The translations under genes were made by a program, and so were the position numbers. A stretch of DNA of 64,000 bases from Raillietiella orientalis (lineage: Eukaryota), in NCBI GenBank assembly GCA_036172245.1, contig JAYWIR010000030.1:1426001-1490000 (forward strand), read 5' to 3'. Of the stretch, positions 1-12,600 are shown one piece after another. Below the pieces are notes generated by a model. The model did not search any database. It saw only the letters and a program-made list of their open reading frames with translations, and was not told where the DNA came from. How positions within the stretch are numbered: position 1 is the stretch's first letter; every line of letters starts with the position of its first letter.

Positions 1-795
1 GGGGACCGCCTCCGGTTTCAAGATGGAGCAGGAGCCCTCACGGGCACCTCTCCAGTTGCTCAAAGGAGCGGACCCCCCCCTGTTGGGGGGTCCCTCCGAG
101 TCGTCGCCTCTTCACAGAGTGTGTACAAAGGAAAGAAGGAAGAGAGAGCGATTCCCTGAGGGAAGCTGCAGCGCCCCTTCTGAGTTTCGGAAGCATCCCT
201 TCGGGGGTTGTCTTCAGAGGAGCGAATAAAGGAGCGGTTCCCTTGTGGGTTCCCTCCGGAGAAGAAATTCCTAGAAGCGGATTCTTTCCGGGTTCCCTTC
301 GGAGAAGTTGAAATGGAGAGGACCACCCCCCATTGCGGGGGGTGTCCCTCCGGAGAGAATGAGGAAGGAGAGATTCCCTTCGGGGTTCCCCTTCGGAGAC
401 AATCAGGGTGGGAGGTGAGATCCCCCCCGGACGGGGGATCCCTCCCCAAGCGTGAGAGGAACGGACTCCGAGCCCTTCCTGGATTCAATAGGGCGGACCC
501 CATCCCGGGGTGCCCCCTATCCTAAAGAATATTACACTGAAGAATTACACGCCCCCCCCTGCGGGTTGCCGCGGACAGGCATGGAAACAAAAGTGTGTTA
601 ATGTTTAAAAAGAGCCACGCGCGCCGCGAGGCACGCGACCGGCTCTGAGGTACTTCGCGAACCAAAAAAAAGAAAACTCTTAAAAAAAAGAAAGCTGGAA
701 GGAAAACAGCGAAGACAAAAGAAAAAGAACCCAGGATTTCCATCGTCCTAGGCCAATAGTAACGATCTCCTCGTGGGGTCGCTACTGGCTTTAAA
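1..795 (-). mobile_element. 5' portion of a dispersed repeat, probably a non-LTR retrotransposon 5' UTR/ORF1 start; runs off the left window edge
   Basis: Reverse complement matches 17015-17400 over several blocks (ccagtagcga..gagatcgttactattggcc.aggacgatggaaatcc; ttggttcgc..agtacctc; gaatccaggaa.ggctcgga.tccgttcctctcac; gctcctctgaaga). The repeat is seen directly; the LINE assignment is inference. Confidence 0.5.
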
Positions 796-2843
796 AAAAA
801 AAAAAAAAAGTGCCCATGCTTTCCAAAGCATTTTAGCGGAATTTCAAAAAAGAACTTCTCGACCACAAATGAGACCTCAAGGTGTTGCAACACTCCCGAA
901 AAGCTGAATCAGACAGTTGCCCCAACACTAGCGAATAGAGAAATTTTCCACTCCAGCCACCATATCCAGAGGAAATCGAAGGAAGAAAACTCGGATGTGC
1001 GTCCACTCTTCTTCACTTTCCTGGTATTTCTATGTCCGAATGCCATCTTTTGGGTCTCATCGAAACTCCCTGAACGGCAAGGAATTTCAACAACCAAAAA
1101 GGACGTCAAAAAACTATGGGAAAGCATTCTGTAAATCGAAACCGCCTAATTTTTTTCCATGATCGCACCAAACCGCTGCTTCGTAGTTGTGAAAGAGACT
1201 GTGGGCGACTAGGCAAGGAGTAAGCCATATGGAAATGTTCGAAATAGGGATTTCACTTTCGGGAAGAAACAAAGCAAAGGTTGTGACCGATGTCATCTTG
1301 TCGGTACAGGGATAACTGCTATTGGTCGGGTTTCTAGATTGAGAGTAACGAGGAAGCTGCTCCGAGATGTGTCCGTAACTAATCCGTGTGTCACCAAATG
1401 TGACGACGTGAGCCATCCAAATGCGACGTGTGATAGTGTGCTTCTAGCTGACGCTTCTCAACGTAAGTTCCTCGGGAACGAAAGGGAAAGCAGACGTCTT
1501 TTAATGCTTTCCGATTGAAAATGAACACAAAATCGGTTTCGGAATGAAAACAAGCGAGCCTACGGGGTTTACTTCTAGAATTTTCTAGAAAGAAAAAGAA
1601 TGCAATGAAATATCCGTCTAGATCCTTTCTCCTCTTTTTCCTTTAGAACATTTTTGTTCCGAGAGCACTGATGGGTGCACAATTTCCTTCTTTTTCTTGT
1701 ATCTTAACCTTGCCTGTTGGCAAGGTCCACTTCCGTTGCACAAATACCATCACCCGTCAACCCTTAGTCATCAACAGATAGCACCTACATCATTTCTTTC
1801 TCCCGATACAACCTTACTACGACATCAAGGACTAGTAACTACGAGATTCCGATTTTTTTTTTTTTACTCTTATTTTTTTTTTCTTTCCAAAGATACGTTT
1901 GCTAAACTATGGAACCCATGACATCTCGCTTTAACTGTTCATATTACGACATGCCCCTCTATAGAAAAAGAGCATGTGTGGATCAGGAGATTCGGGTCAG
2001 ATGAAATCATGGGATACTGGAGCATCTCGTACACTCTTGGACGCGAGGAGGATTTCTCTGCAATTGTGCCCAGTGTGTCTTTCATTGGGGTTTTGTACAG
2101 AATCTGGTTTTTCATTCACGGATGACTTCTGCTCACAGCATTTATTAAGCTGCTGCAGCTGCGTGTGCTGACCAGAATAATCCAGATAATTGTCGGAAAT
2201 GGTCCAACTAGAAAGGTGCTCATTGAGATAGGTCGAAACTGTAACGTACACAGATATTCATTTGAGGCGGTTTGTATCCCGAAGACAAAGAATGTGGCTT
2301 CCACCAAGGAGTTCCTCACCAACCACCACCTTTGAGATAGGTGCAGCGGTTGGCTAACCATGAATTTGGACAGACGGAAACTCGGCTTCTCGGACATTTA
2401 CAATCTGCGCATGAGTATTCTAGAGCACTTTTCAAGTTGGACCAAATGTCGCGAACAGTCTACGACGAACCAAACAACACTTGATTGTCTCTTGTTAACG
2501 AAGAAGGCTTCATGTAATGCGAAGCAGGTGAGCTGTGCCGAGGGAAACTTCCGTGTCCTTTCCCAAGCAGAGCGCTAGCTGGTGTTCTCCTCACGCCAAG
2601 ACGGTAGGGAATTGCATTCAGGAAGTTGGCCACAAGATCCTTCTCAGGAAGGTAAGAATTCTCTCGATGGTTCCCTGATGGTGCATCTCCAGCGTGCTGA
2701 TGAACCCCCTCCTGCCAACAGCCACCGTGCTGCCGCACATGGCACCAGCAGAAAACCAGAGATTCTGTGGCTCATCGCCTGCAATGACGAAAGAGTCCGT
2801 ACGCATTTGCAGACATTCGTAGCTCGGGGGCAAAGAGGTGTTC

Positions 2844-3313
2844 GGGATCAACATCCCGAAAGATCATAAAAAATTAACATATGTGTCGATTATAGGAGGC
2901 GCATTTCAAAAGTAAAAGCCTATCGGATATAAAGAAAGAACGAATGAGAAGAACAAAAATGTATTGGTGGTTCCAAACACGCACATCTCCACCTCATTTT
3001 TCTGCGTAGTCACCACTTTTTTTCCTCCAAACACCTTCCATCCCGTGGAACGAGCTCTTTGAAACCCTCTGCAAGAAGTTACGCCGCCTGGGAGCTCAGC
3101 ACTGCAGTTTCCAACTCCTTTTTATGATTTTTATAATATACATTAATGTATGTATAAATACATATGTTGATGTACATGGTTAGCATGTGTATTAATTTTT
3201 CATCTTTATGATATATATATATATGTACATACTAAACACAGGTATTTATCTTTCATGATCTTATGAGACTTCGACATTCGGGTTTTGATCGTTGTAGATT
3301 TCGAACTAAACCC
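2844..3313. mobile_element. Non-autonomous Ricksha-like MULE (AT-rich core) carrying a mariner fragment
   Basis: Left end atcccgaaagatc; right end reads gggtttagttcgaaatc...aaacccgaatgtcgaa on the minus strand. AT-rich core at 3121-3260. Same terminal motif as the copies at 6071, 28311 and 40614. Confidence 0.6.
2893..3120 (-). mobile_element. Mariner-like element, 3' end fragment
   Basis: Closely matches 6125-6355 and 12054-12285 (atcggatataaagaaagaac...gtattggtggttccaaacacgcacatc...gagctctttgaaaccctctgcaagaagtt). Minus strand encodes transposase C-terminal remnants (ELVPR...GDYA). Confidence 0.8.
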
Positions 3314-3653
3314 GGAACCTGTGAAAGCAGTGGTGGTGCTGAATATGGATGCTCGTCTCCGCACAAGGATGTGCGGAACTCTTCCGTGCTTCATTTGTCT
3401 TCGTCCGACTTCATCTTCTCACTCCACACGGTCGCCGCTCCTATGGCTTTCTTTACTCTTGTCCGCTACGTTTCCTTGGGAACTTCTCTCGTACGCACCG
3501 AACTCTCTCATCTGCTGAGCCACTCTCGAGGTGTGATTCAACCTTTCTCGTATGAAGGAACGCTTCTCGTTACCGAAGACGAAGACGATGCCCCGCGGCA
3601 ATGTATTGCACTCGCCCAAGAATCCACCCGGTTCCCTCGCCAGCTCTAAATAC

Positions 3654-6600
3654 CTCGAAGGTGTCGTTGATGCTGCTATTTCTTGCAACGTGGTCCAGAG
3701 AGCTCCAGAAGTGGCTCGAATTCGCAGAACGCAGGTGATAAGTCTTTAGGAAGAACTGCAAACCTTCCACGAAGGTCGGGATCCCCAGGTGCTGCATGAG
3801 CATCCACATGACCGACGAAGCCTTGAAGAGAGAGCTCCGGCACCATCCATTTTGGGGGAGAAGTTCCAACGAATCCCAATATCCCTACCTTGAAACTGTT
3901 GAGGTTTTTCGTCCGCATCATATGGAGGACTTTGTCCTCGTCTTTTTCCGATAGAGGGGACGCACTGGCCCGGGAATCCTCCTCCAGGCCCGGGAGCAAG
4001 ACATCCACCAAAAATTGATCGTCCATCTTCCACGAGTCCCAGGCGATTCCCATGCCCAGATAAACCAACGACTGCACTGTCCCATCAAGAATCCAGGCAT
4101 CCGTCCACCATTCCATGGCGACCGTGCTCCCTATCCACTGCGACGAAGAGGAAGGGGTGGAATCGGAGCGGACGCTGTCCCTACCTGGCGTACCACTCCT
4201 TCCGAGAGGCGCTTGTAAGAAAGTTGCATCTCCTCGTCAGACAAGTTACCGGGATGCATCCACCTGAGAGGAAAAGTCATGGCTCCGCAGGTGAAGATCT
4301 CATCTTCGTCGGAGGACGCCAGCAGGATATCTGGAGGCAGAGCACGCACGTCCACCAAGGTAATGTGAGACGGACGCGAGAATTTTCCGGGAGGCTGATC
4401 AAGTCGCGGGATGGCGCACCTCCCACGAGAAGAAATTCCCTACCCTCTTCTTTCCTGCCTTCAAGCTTCGCTTCGCGCGCCGTTCCACAACGCGGGAGGA
4501 ATGAGGAGCAGAAGCCAAGTTCGCACCAGGATATCGAGACGTCCAATGCCCAGTGTCTTCCACCCCTCAGGTCACCTCGTGCAGTTTGACGACTCCTGAG
4601 ACGTGACACGCTGCCATTTGTTTCCTGCCCCGAAATCGGCTCTTCTGCTAGAAGGGAGGTCAGCGCGAGGGACAAGAGACGAGGGGAGCCTTCGGGCTTC
4701 AGAAGATCTTAGCTGCGGCTTCCCACGCATGCACGCGCACGGAGAAAGGGAAAGGAAAGAAGGAATGGGGGAGAAGTTCCAGCGCACCTCTCTGGTTTCA
4801 TATTTCAACCCTCAAGAGAACGAAAGTGGGCAGAAGTCAAACTGAGGTGCTGCTCTGTACATCGGACTGAGGAATCCCTCAAAAGAGGACAAGATTTGAA
4901 GGACGATGCTGTTCCACAGGATTACCCGTCCTGCAGCTCTGTGGAGCAAGCCAGGACAGTTTCCAGCTTCCGGTTCTTTTCGTCACTAGGAAACACAGGA
5001 GGGCCCTTCGGAAAGTTTTCCTGGCACGGAAGTCCTTCCAGAGCATCCACGGAGTTCTTGACAGCCACTGCTGATGGCATTTTTTCGAGCACTGTTACGT
5101 GTACGACCTCAGCCAGGAGGAAGATTCCCAGCAACGGTAGTTCCCGCTCAGGACCACTGTTTCGCACCCATCGCCAACAAGGCCAGAAGATGATTGAGTG
5201 GAGGAGATCGTGAAGAGTCTTCCGGGGCAATCAACTTATCTAATGAAAATTTTGGAGGTAGCTGACAAGGGAAGCTGTCATACGACGATGGGATACGATG
5301 ATCTGGGATACACAGGGTGCTTAATCCTCGTAGAGGACGAGAAAGAAGAGAAAGTGGTGTTAACAGGGCGCCTGGTTTGCCGTGCGGGGTGGCTGCGAAT
5401 ACCTAGCCTGGAAACCAACCCACCAAGATAAGATGGAGGCGCAGAAAGCAGGCTGAATACAGCTGGACCCCTCATCCTTCAAACTTCCAGACAGCAAATC
5501 CGATGATCTTAGCCAGCGGCAGGAGTCGAAACGCGAGAGTGGAAAAGGGGGTACCTCGTTCCAACACGGCCCAACGGACGGACGGGGGCGGAAAGAATAC
5601 GGATAGGGCCTCTTCGCATAAAGAGAATCGACGGTGGCTACGGGAGAGGGTCCGAATTGACCGGCATGGCGCTTCGAAAGCGGCGGCTGAGCGACTCTGC
5701 CACTCCACTCGGGTCAATCGCACGCGATGCTCAGTCTCACCATGCAGGTGCGCACACTTTCTTTTTTTTTTTCTTTTTACCCATTTTCGGAATCGGAAGT
5801 GGCAGTCCCAATAGATCTTCGTAGATATGCAAAAGATGGGTGAATGGTTCCTCTATACTAGCGCATGCGCCCACCTCAGTCGCTGTACAGTTTATGCTCT
5901 TGGAGCCGCTCTGAGTGGCCATGTTGATCCCTATCTTCCTCAGAATGCCAACGGCGAAGAAGAGCGCGTTGACGCTGATGTTGGGGGTCTGCGCGTACTT
6001 GTCAAGCACCTGAAATAGAGAGAAGAACATGGTCATCGTTGCGAATCAGCACAGCGAACTGCAGCCCTTTGGGCGGGGTTCAAAATCCCGAAAGATCTTA
6101 AAAATAAACACAAATGTTCATCAATACGAGGCTCATCTCAAAAGCAAGGAGAGATCGGATATAAAGAAAGAACGAATAAGAGGAACAAAAATGTATTGGT
6201 GGTTCCAAACACGCACATCTCCACGTCCTTTTTGTGCGTAGTCGCCACTTTTTTTTTTCTCCAAACACTTTCCATCCCGTGGAACGAGCTCTTCGAAACC
6301 CTCTGCAAGAAGTTCCGCCACCTGGGAGTTCAGCACCGCAGCTTCCAACTCCTCCCCCCTTTCCTCGAATCTGCCAAGGGGCGCGTTGTCTCGATGGAGA
6401 AGAACAATTCCTGATCTCAGCATTCCACGTCGCCGGTTCCAAGTGGCACGCCGCAGTTTGGAAAATGTTCCTACACGGTCGACTGGTGAAGTGATGGTTG
6501 CTCCATTCTTCCTAAAGTCCACCCTTCAAAAGCACATCCTTTTGCTGACACACACACTGTCGTGTCCGCACATCCCAGACCATTCAGAGATTCACATGGG

Positions 6601-9600
6601 AACTTTTTGATCACCCAGACCTGACCTCGAGCCCAGTGGGCACCAAGTCTTCCTGAACCTCAAGAAGTGACTCAACGGTTCGAGGAAAGGGGGGAGGAGT
6701 TGGAAGCTGCGGTGCTGAACTCCCAGGCGGCGGAACTTCTTGCAGAAGGTTTCAAAGAGCTCGTTCGTACGTATAGATTAACATATAAATATGAAAAATA
6801 AATGTGTATACTTATTATGCACATCAATATGTAGAGATTAACGTACACATTTATTTTCATATTTATTGACGTACATATCATTGATATCATTAAAAACATC
6901 CATTAATACATATATAAAGATTAAAAAACGAATATATATGATAAATATGTGCTAAATGAGTATATAAGTATCGAATTGTTAATAAACAAAAAACAATGGT
7001 GACAATTAAATATAGTGGGAAAAAATTAAAAAGCAAACAGATTAGAAAGACAAAATAGCAATTTGATATTTTCCCATCATTTCCATTACTCAATAAATGA
7101 AACCTCCTCAGTGAATGATAAATTCCATTTTCGGGATAACGATCGTTCCATAAATATCTACTTTTATAATTCGATATTTATGTATTCATTTCATATATTT
7201 GAATTATATATATGAATATACGTTGATACACATAATATACATATGTGTTTATTTTAATGATCCTTATCACACATCTTACTTTGTATACAAATCTACATTT
7301 TAATACTTAATAAAGAAACACATTATAAATCATATTAATAATAAATGCATCTTAATAAATATTAGTCAATACGTACGTTAAAGTAGATGTATTAATATAC
7401 ATAATAATTACACATATGTCTTTTTTACGATCTTTATCGTATGTATTAACCCATATGTTAATATATGCAATAAACTTATGTATTTATTTTTGAGATCTTT
7501 CGGGACTTTGATCTTTGACCACGTCTTAAAACGACCAACTTCCGTGGGCGCGGAATTCTTTCTCTACGGCTACTTAGATGTACTCGTGGTACAGTGCAAT
7601 ACCGATCTGAAGTCATTGCGGCGTTGGTACGAAGTACCACGCGCTGTTATTGACCGCTGATGCTGCGGCCCGATTAGGAAAGAGAACCTGATCGATGCCT
7701 CATTTGATTTCGTTATGGAAATGCTGCAAGGACATCAAATGCTCTGTCAGCTTTGCAGATTAGCGAAATACCAACGGTTGAGGACCCGGGATTTCAATGG
7801 CCACTCACCAGTCTTCCATCGTCTAGAATTTCCGATTCGGCCACGGGCATGTTCGATATAGATTGGTGGTGCATATCATGCACTATGGAGAGATTGACCT
7901 TTGCTCTAAAGTAGGGCTCGTCAAAGCACGGGAACACCGATCTGGCCCCAGTGGGAAACAGCGAAGCAACGACATATTTCCTGTAGGGAAGAAGAAAATG
8001 GTATTTCACCAGAATGTGCTCGTACAGCCCGTTGCAAACGTTCCTCCGAATGAGCACGTGGCGTGTGAGGAAAAGATGTGGTGCAGGCGCAAATCTTGCA
8101 ACTGCAAGAAGGCGAAAGCAACAGCCAGTCCTTCGCTTGTCTCGGATGAGCTGCCACCAGCAGCAGTCGATGGATGTACATTTTGAGAGACGGAAAGCAG
8201 AGCAGCTTACAGAAAAGCTTGTCCAGGATAGCGAAGACGCCCGAAGAACGAGAAATTCACACAGAGGTTCAAACTGTTTGGCCCCGCAGCTTCACCATGC
8301 ATTTCCTCAGAGGATCACCGGCAAGCGAGAGTCTTCCGTGCCAGTATTGTAGGTGTCCTGTTTTTTCCTCGCTCTCATTGGCAGGGAACACTCACTTCTT
8401 CCCGCAGCATCCTTAATTTTATTGCAACGTGCATAACACGTACTTTCATGACGTCCTCACGTCCATGGTTCAGCGCTTCCTGATGGAGTGATCCCCTAGC
8501 ACGAATTGCCGACACTTTAAAAAAATCATCAGAGTGAACACATGATGGTTCTGCCTCTGTGGTTTTAAGAGCTCGAATGGAAAAGGGGGAAGAAAAGACC
8601 GAAGTCGTCGAAAGTCACGCTTTCCTTTGAATTGCTTCTTTCCCCCTCTTGGTAAGTCAACACGGGAATTTGGGAACAAGCGGTAGTGAGGTGCTAAATG
8701 CCGGGAAACTCTTTCTTTCGAGCGACCGAGGCAACTGATCCATCTTAGTGATACCGCAACACGTGAGAGGTTTCCGCTTCACATATCACCGTCTGAGAAT
8801 GATCTGTTCCCAGAGCGTGGAACTGCCGCGAGTTCTGCTTTCCAGGACAGACTGATGTCTCAGTGCGTGCCTTCTCCGGGACTCTTACGAAACGAACTCT
8901 GAGGAAGATCTCTTGAAATCTCTCCGAGATAACTCACTCACTGACTCGTTCCGCCTGGATTATCACATTACTAAATCGCCTCTTCCTCAAGATCTCTTCT
9001 GGTTCAAGAAGGAATGAGAATTCGCATGGGGCTCTGAACGGTCAAGGAAAACCGCGTTGCTTGCGAGATAAGATGCGATCCATGAGATGATGCGTGCCTG
9101 GTGAGCAGATGCACCGCCGTGGCAAAGCACCCAACATCACGACGTGGGCTTCCTCTCAAATGCTTTCCATTTTGATTCCCACTTCTCATCAGGACCGATG
9201 ATCAAGAAGCAGAATGCTCGCTGGTCCAGATGGCGATGCTCTTGTTCTTTCGTGGCTTTGAAAGGGTCTGTAATCCTCAGCGCTTCTATCGACCGTCCTT
9301 GTTAAAACTAGGGGCGTCGCAAGTGGCGTCGTACTTCAAGAGCTCCAATTTCTGGTTTCCGCGTTTCTGACGAAAGTGCTACCCATTGCCCACCTCGAGA
9401 ACGCTGCAGCGGAAGGGAGCGAAATGCCCCAACAGTAAAGTGTGGTGACAAAGAGATGAGAACAGAAGTTTGACAGACCATGATGACGACGGAACCACGG
9501 TTTCAAACTTTTCGTTGAAGCACTCGAGAACTCTGAAGATTAGAAAGCAAAGAAAACTTGAAAAACGGTTCGAGTAGGATTAGAAAGAAGCACGGAAGGA

Positions 9601-12600
9601 GCGGAAAGACCAAAGAATGTATTATCTCTTCCCTTCCCTACACAAGTGATGAGGATCCCCAGCTCCGTCTTCACCTAACTGGGAAGTTTCGTTTCCACTC
9701 CCATTCATCTCATAATGGCTTTTCCTCCCACCTTTGAATCCAAGGCCTAACTTTTCTGTAGGTTGCGGATCACACTCTTGTCTTGCAAACTTTGCTTGTT
9801 TGATGTCTTCCACCATCCGGCACAGCGCTAACGAGATGAGCGAATCCGGTTTCTTCCTTCTTTGATGCAGCTGTTGAGTCACGGGCTGTCCTCTCTTCAT
9901 TCCACGTCTTTGCAAAGACTCTCTCGCCATCAACGAAAAATATTGAAGTAGCCAAAATGTGGGGAACTCATTTCAGGGAACGGGAAAAATCTTCCCTTAC
10001 AGGGCGAGGCACTGCTACCGGTTTCATCCGTTTTGTTCTGTAAGATTTCAATTCAGCCGACCTTGAGAATTTCTAGAGGAGTTTTCTAAAGTTGCCTTCC
10101 CAGTAGCCATCCATGAATATTGCATTCTTGCTGGGAGGATCTCCTGAAACGTTTAGAAGCCTGAAGAGTGTGGGAAACAACTGATGGACATCTCCGGATG
10201 GCTCTCCAAGAAAGAGACTTTCCACCTGAAGTCATGAGTTAAGATGCGTCTTAGTTGTCCATGAGAAGTTCTCGAAAAATCCTTTGCCACGTTTCTTGGG
10301 CAGATGATCTGGAGTTCGTTGCACATAAGGAAATTCCTGACCATCGGTCTTCTAAATCTACTCTTTGCTGGTGATCTTGCTGGGTTTGCAAAATCTCTCG
10401 ACTAAAGAGACACCCATAAAATGAGGTGCTGGTGAAAACCAAGAGATGCTAAAGAGTGGATTTCGTAATGAGGTTTTCCTGAGGCGTCTCGATTTAAGCG
10501 TCTGCAAACTTGTGGTCCTTCCTTCTTGCCTCTTTTTCTCTGTGCTTCCGGATTATTTCAATTCGAATGGAACGGCTGGGCATGTTTCTTTCCCCCTGGA
10601 TGATCCATTCCCCACGTGGACAGGGAAAACCACAGGCACAGGATTGGACCGTTCCCTTTTTTTTTCTTTTAATGAGAAACTGACCTGCTGATCTCTGTCC
10701 CACCTTCGTCGTAAAGTATGAGTCCCTGTTTCGCATCTGTGATTCGGCCAGAGAACTCCACATGCAGCTTGTACTTCTTGTCGGCGTTCAATCCTCTATT
10801 CAAGATGAGCTGCAGCTGGTCTCTTTCGGCAACCGTTTCCATCCTGAGCACATGTATCACATCTCCTTGGTCCTCGGAAAGGATCAGCTCAGCGATGTTT
10901 AGATCCTTGGAATGGATCACCAGCAAAGAGGCATCCTCCTTGCAGAACATCATGATGGTAGCGTTGCCTGGAGAATTACAAAGAAAAACACGAAGAAAAA
11001 AAAAAAAAACTGAATTATGTATTCGCCATTTTACCAGTGAAGGACCTTTCCGAGATATTAGGGTGTATGTATACGTCATAGAGGTACGGCTCAACACTTT
11101 GAGGAAGCCGTTGTCTTCTCCAGGCATACTTGGGAGTGGTGACCGTCGTAGAAGGACCAATGGTTGTCTGGTTGTCCGCTTTTTGAGGGCACTCTGAGGA
11201 AACACATCATCTGAGCACCCTGTCGATCTGCACGCGGATCACCGCAACTGGAACCACCTAACGCCAGCAACGAAACCTGCCAGCCCACACTGAGACAGCG
11301 CGGCACCTCGGCGTCTGCTTTCACTCCCCCGGAATGCTAACGTCTTCAAAGTTCCTCTACCTCACGCTGCGAAAGAGGTGGACCCTAGTCTTGTAGATTT
11401 CGGCTTTACCCCTCTGACTTCACCGCCCACAATGCGATCCCTCACAAGACGGGGAGGGAAGGCGTTCTTTGCGGTCGGTTTTCCGCCATGGCTCATCACC
11501 ACCGGCGCGCGTCTCCAGAAACTGGACAAGAAGAGAAACAAGAGGAGCATTGCTTTCGAAGTCTCTGAGATGGTCGGAGATAGTGTGCTAATTAAGAGAG
11601 CTTCTACGCATGTTACATCTTCCGGATGTCTCATCTTCACACATCTTTCCTCCCCCCACTCCAATACAACTATGCTCTATTTTACATATGCTCTATGTAC
11701 ATGTGAGAGTATCATGTAGACACTGTACACTGCAGTTTTCCTTAATACATTTTGTATTCATGAATTTCCATCAAAAAATGCTAATTTTTAATGATCAAAC
11801 AAGGCGCTCAACCACTGTAGATCACGAGTTCAATTTCATGTTTGGAGTTGTGCAGCCCCCTTCCTCAAAGACGCCGTTTTTCTAGATAGCTTATGGATTT
11901 CATTAGGGTACAGTACATACAAGACAAGTGCTTACTTACAATTAGAGATCATAGAAAAAAACAAGCGATGATCGTCAAACCGAATGACCGTTTAATCAAT
12001 AGGAACTTTTACTTTGCGGTCAGCCAAAAGAGCAGCGAAAGCAAAACTGAAAGTACGAGGCTCATTTCAAAAGCAAGAACCGATCGGATATAAAGAAAGA
12101 ACAAATGACAGGAACAAAAATGTATTGGTGGTTCCAAACACGCACATCCCCACGTCCTTTTTGTGCGTAGTCACTTTTTTTTTTCTCCAAACACTTTCCA
12201 TCCCGTGCAACGAGCTCTTTGAAACCCTCTGCAAGAAGTTCCTCCGCCAGGGAGTTCAGCACTGCAGCTTCCAACTCCTTCCCCCTTTCCTCGAACCGTT
12301 GAGCCACTTCTTGAGCAGACAGCGTGTGTTACCAAGGGGCGCGTTGTCGTGAAGGAGAAGAACAATTCCTGATCTCAGCATTCCACGTCGTCGGTTCCAA
12401 ATGGCACGCTGCAGTTTGGAAAATGTTCCTACACGGTCGACTGGTGAAGTGATGGTTGCTCCATTCTTCCTAAAGTCCACCCTTCAAAAGCACATCCTTT
12501 TGCTGACACACACTGCCGTGTCCGCACATCCCAGACCATTCAGAGATTCACATGGGAACTTTTTGATCACCCAGACCTGACCTCGAGCCCAGTGGGCACC

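Noticed and set aside
190..400. CRISPR-like spaced repeats
   Set aside because: Units are degenerate and irregular, the context is eukaryotic, and no cas genes are present.
2116..2397. Ionotropic-receptor-like phrase LVGPFPTIIWIILV
   Set aside because: Short match, segments in the wrong order, no supporting exons.
2618..2780. Possible next aminopeptidase exon after a cattgcag acceptor
   Set aside because: The in-phase translation (AMSHRISGFLLV...) only faintly resembles the expected motif and soon stops.
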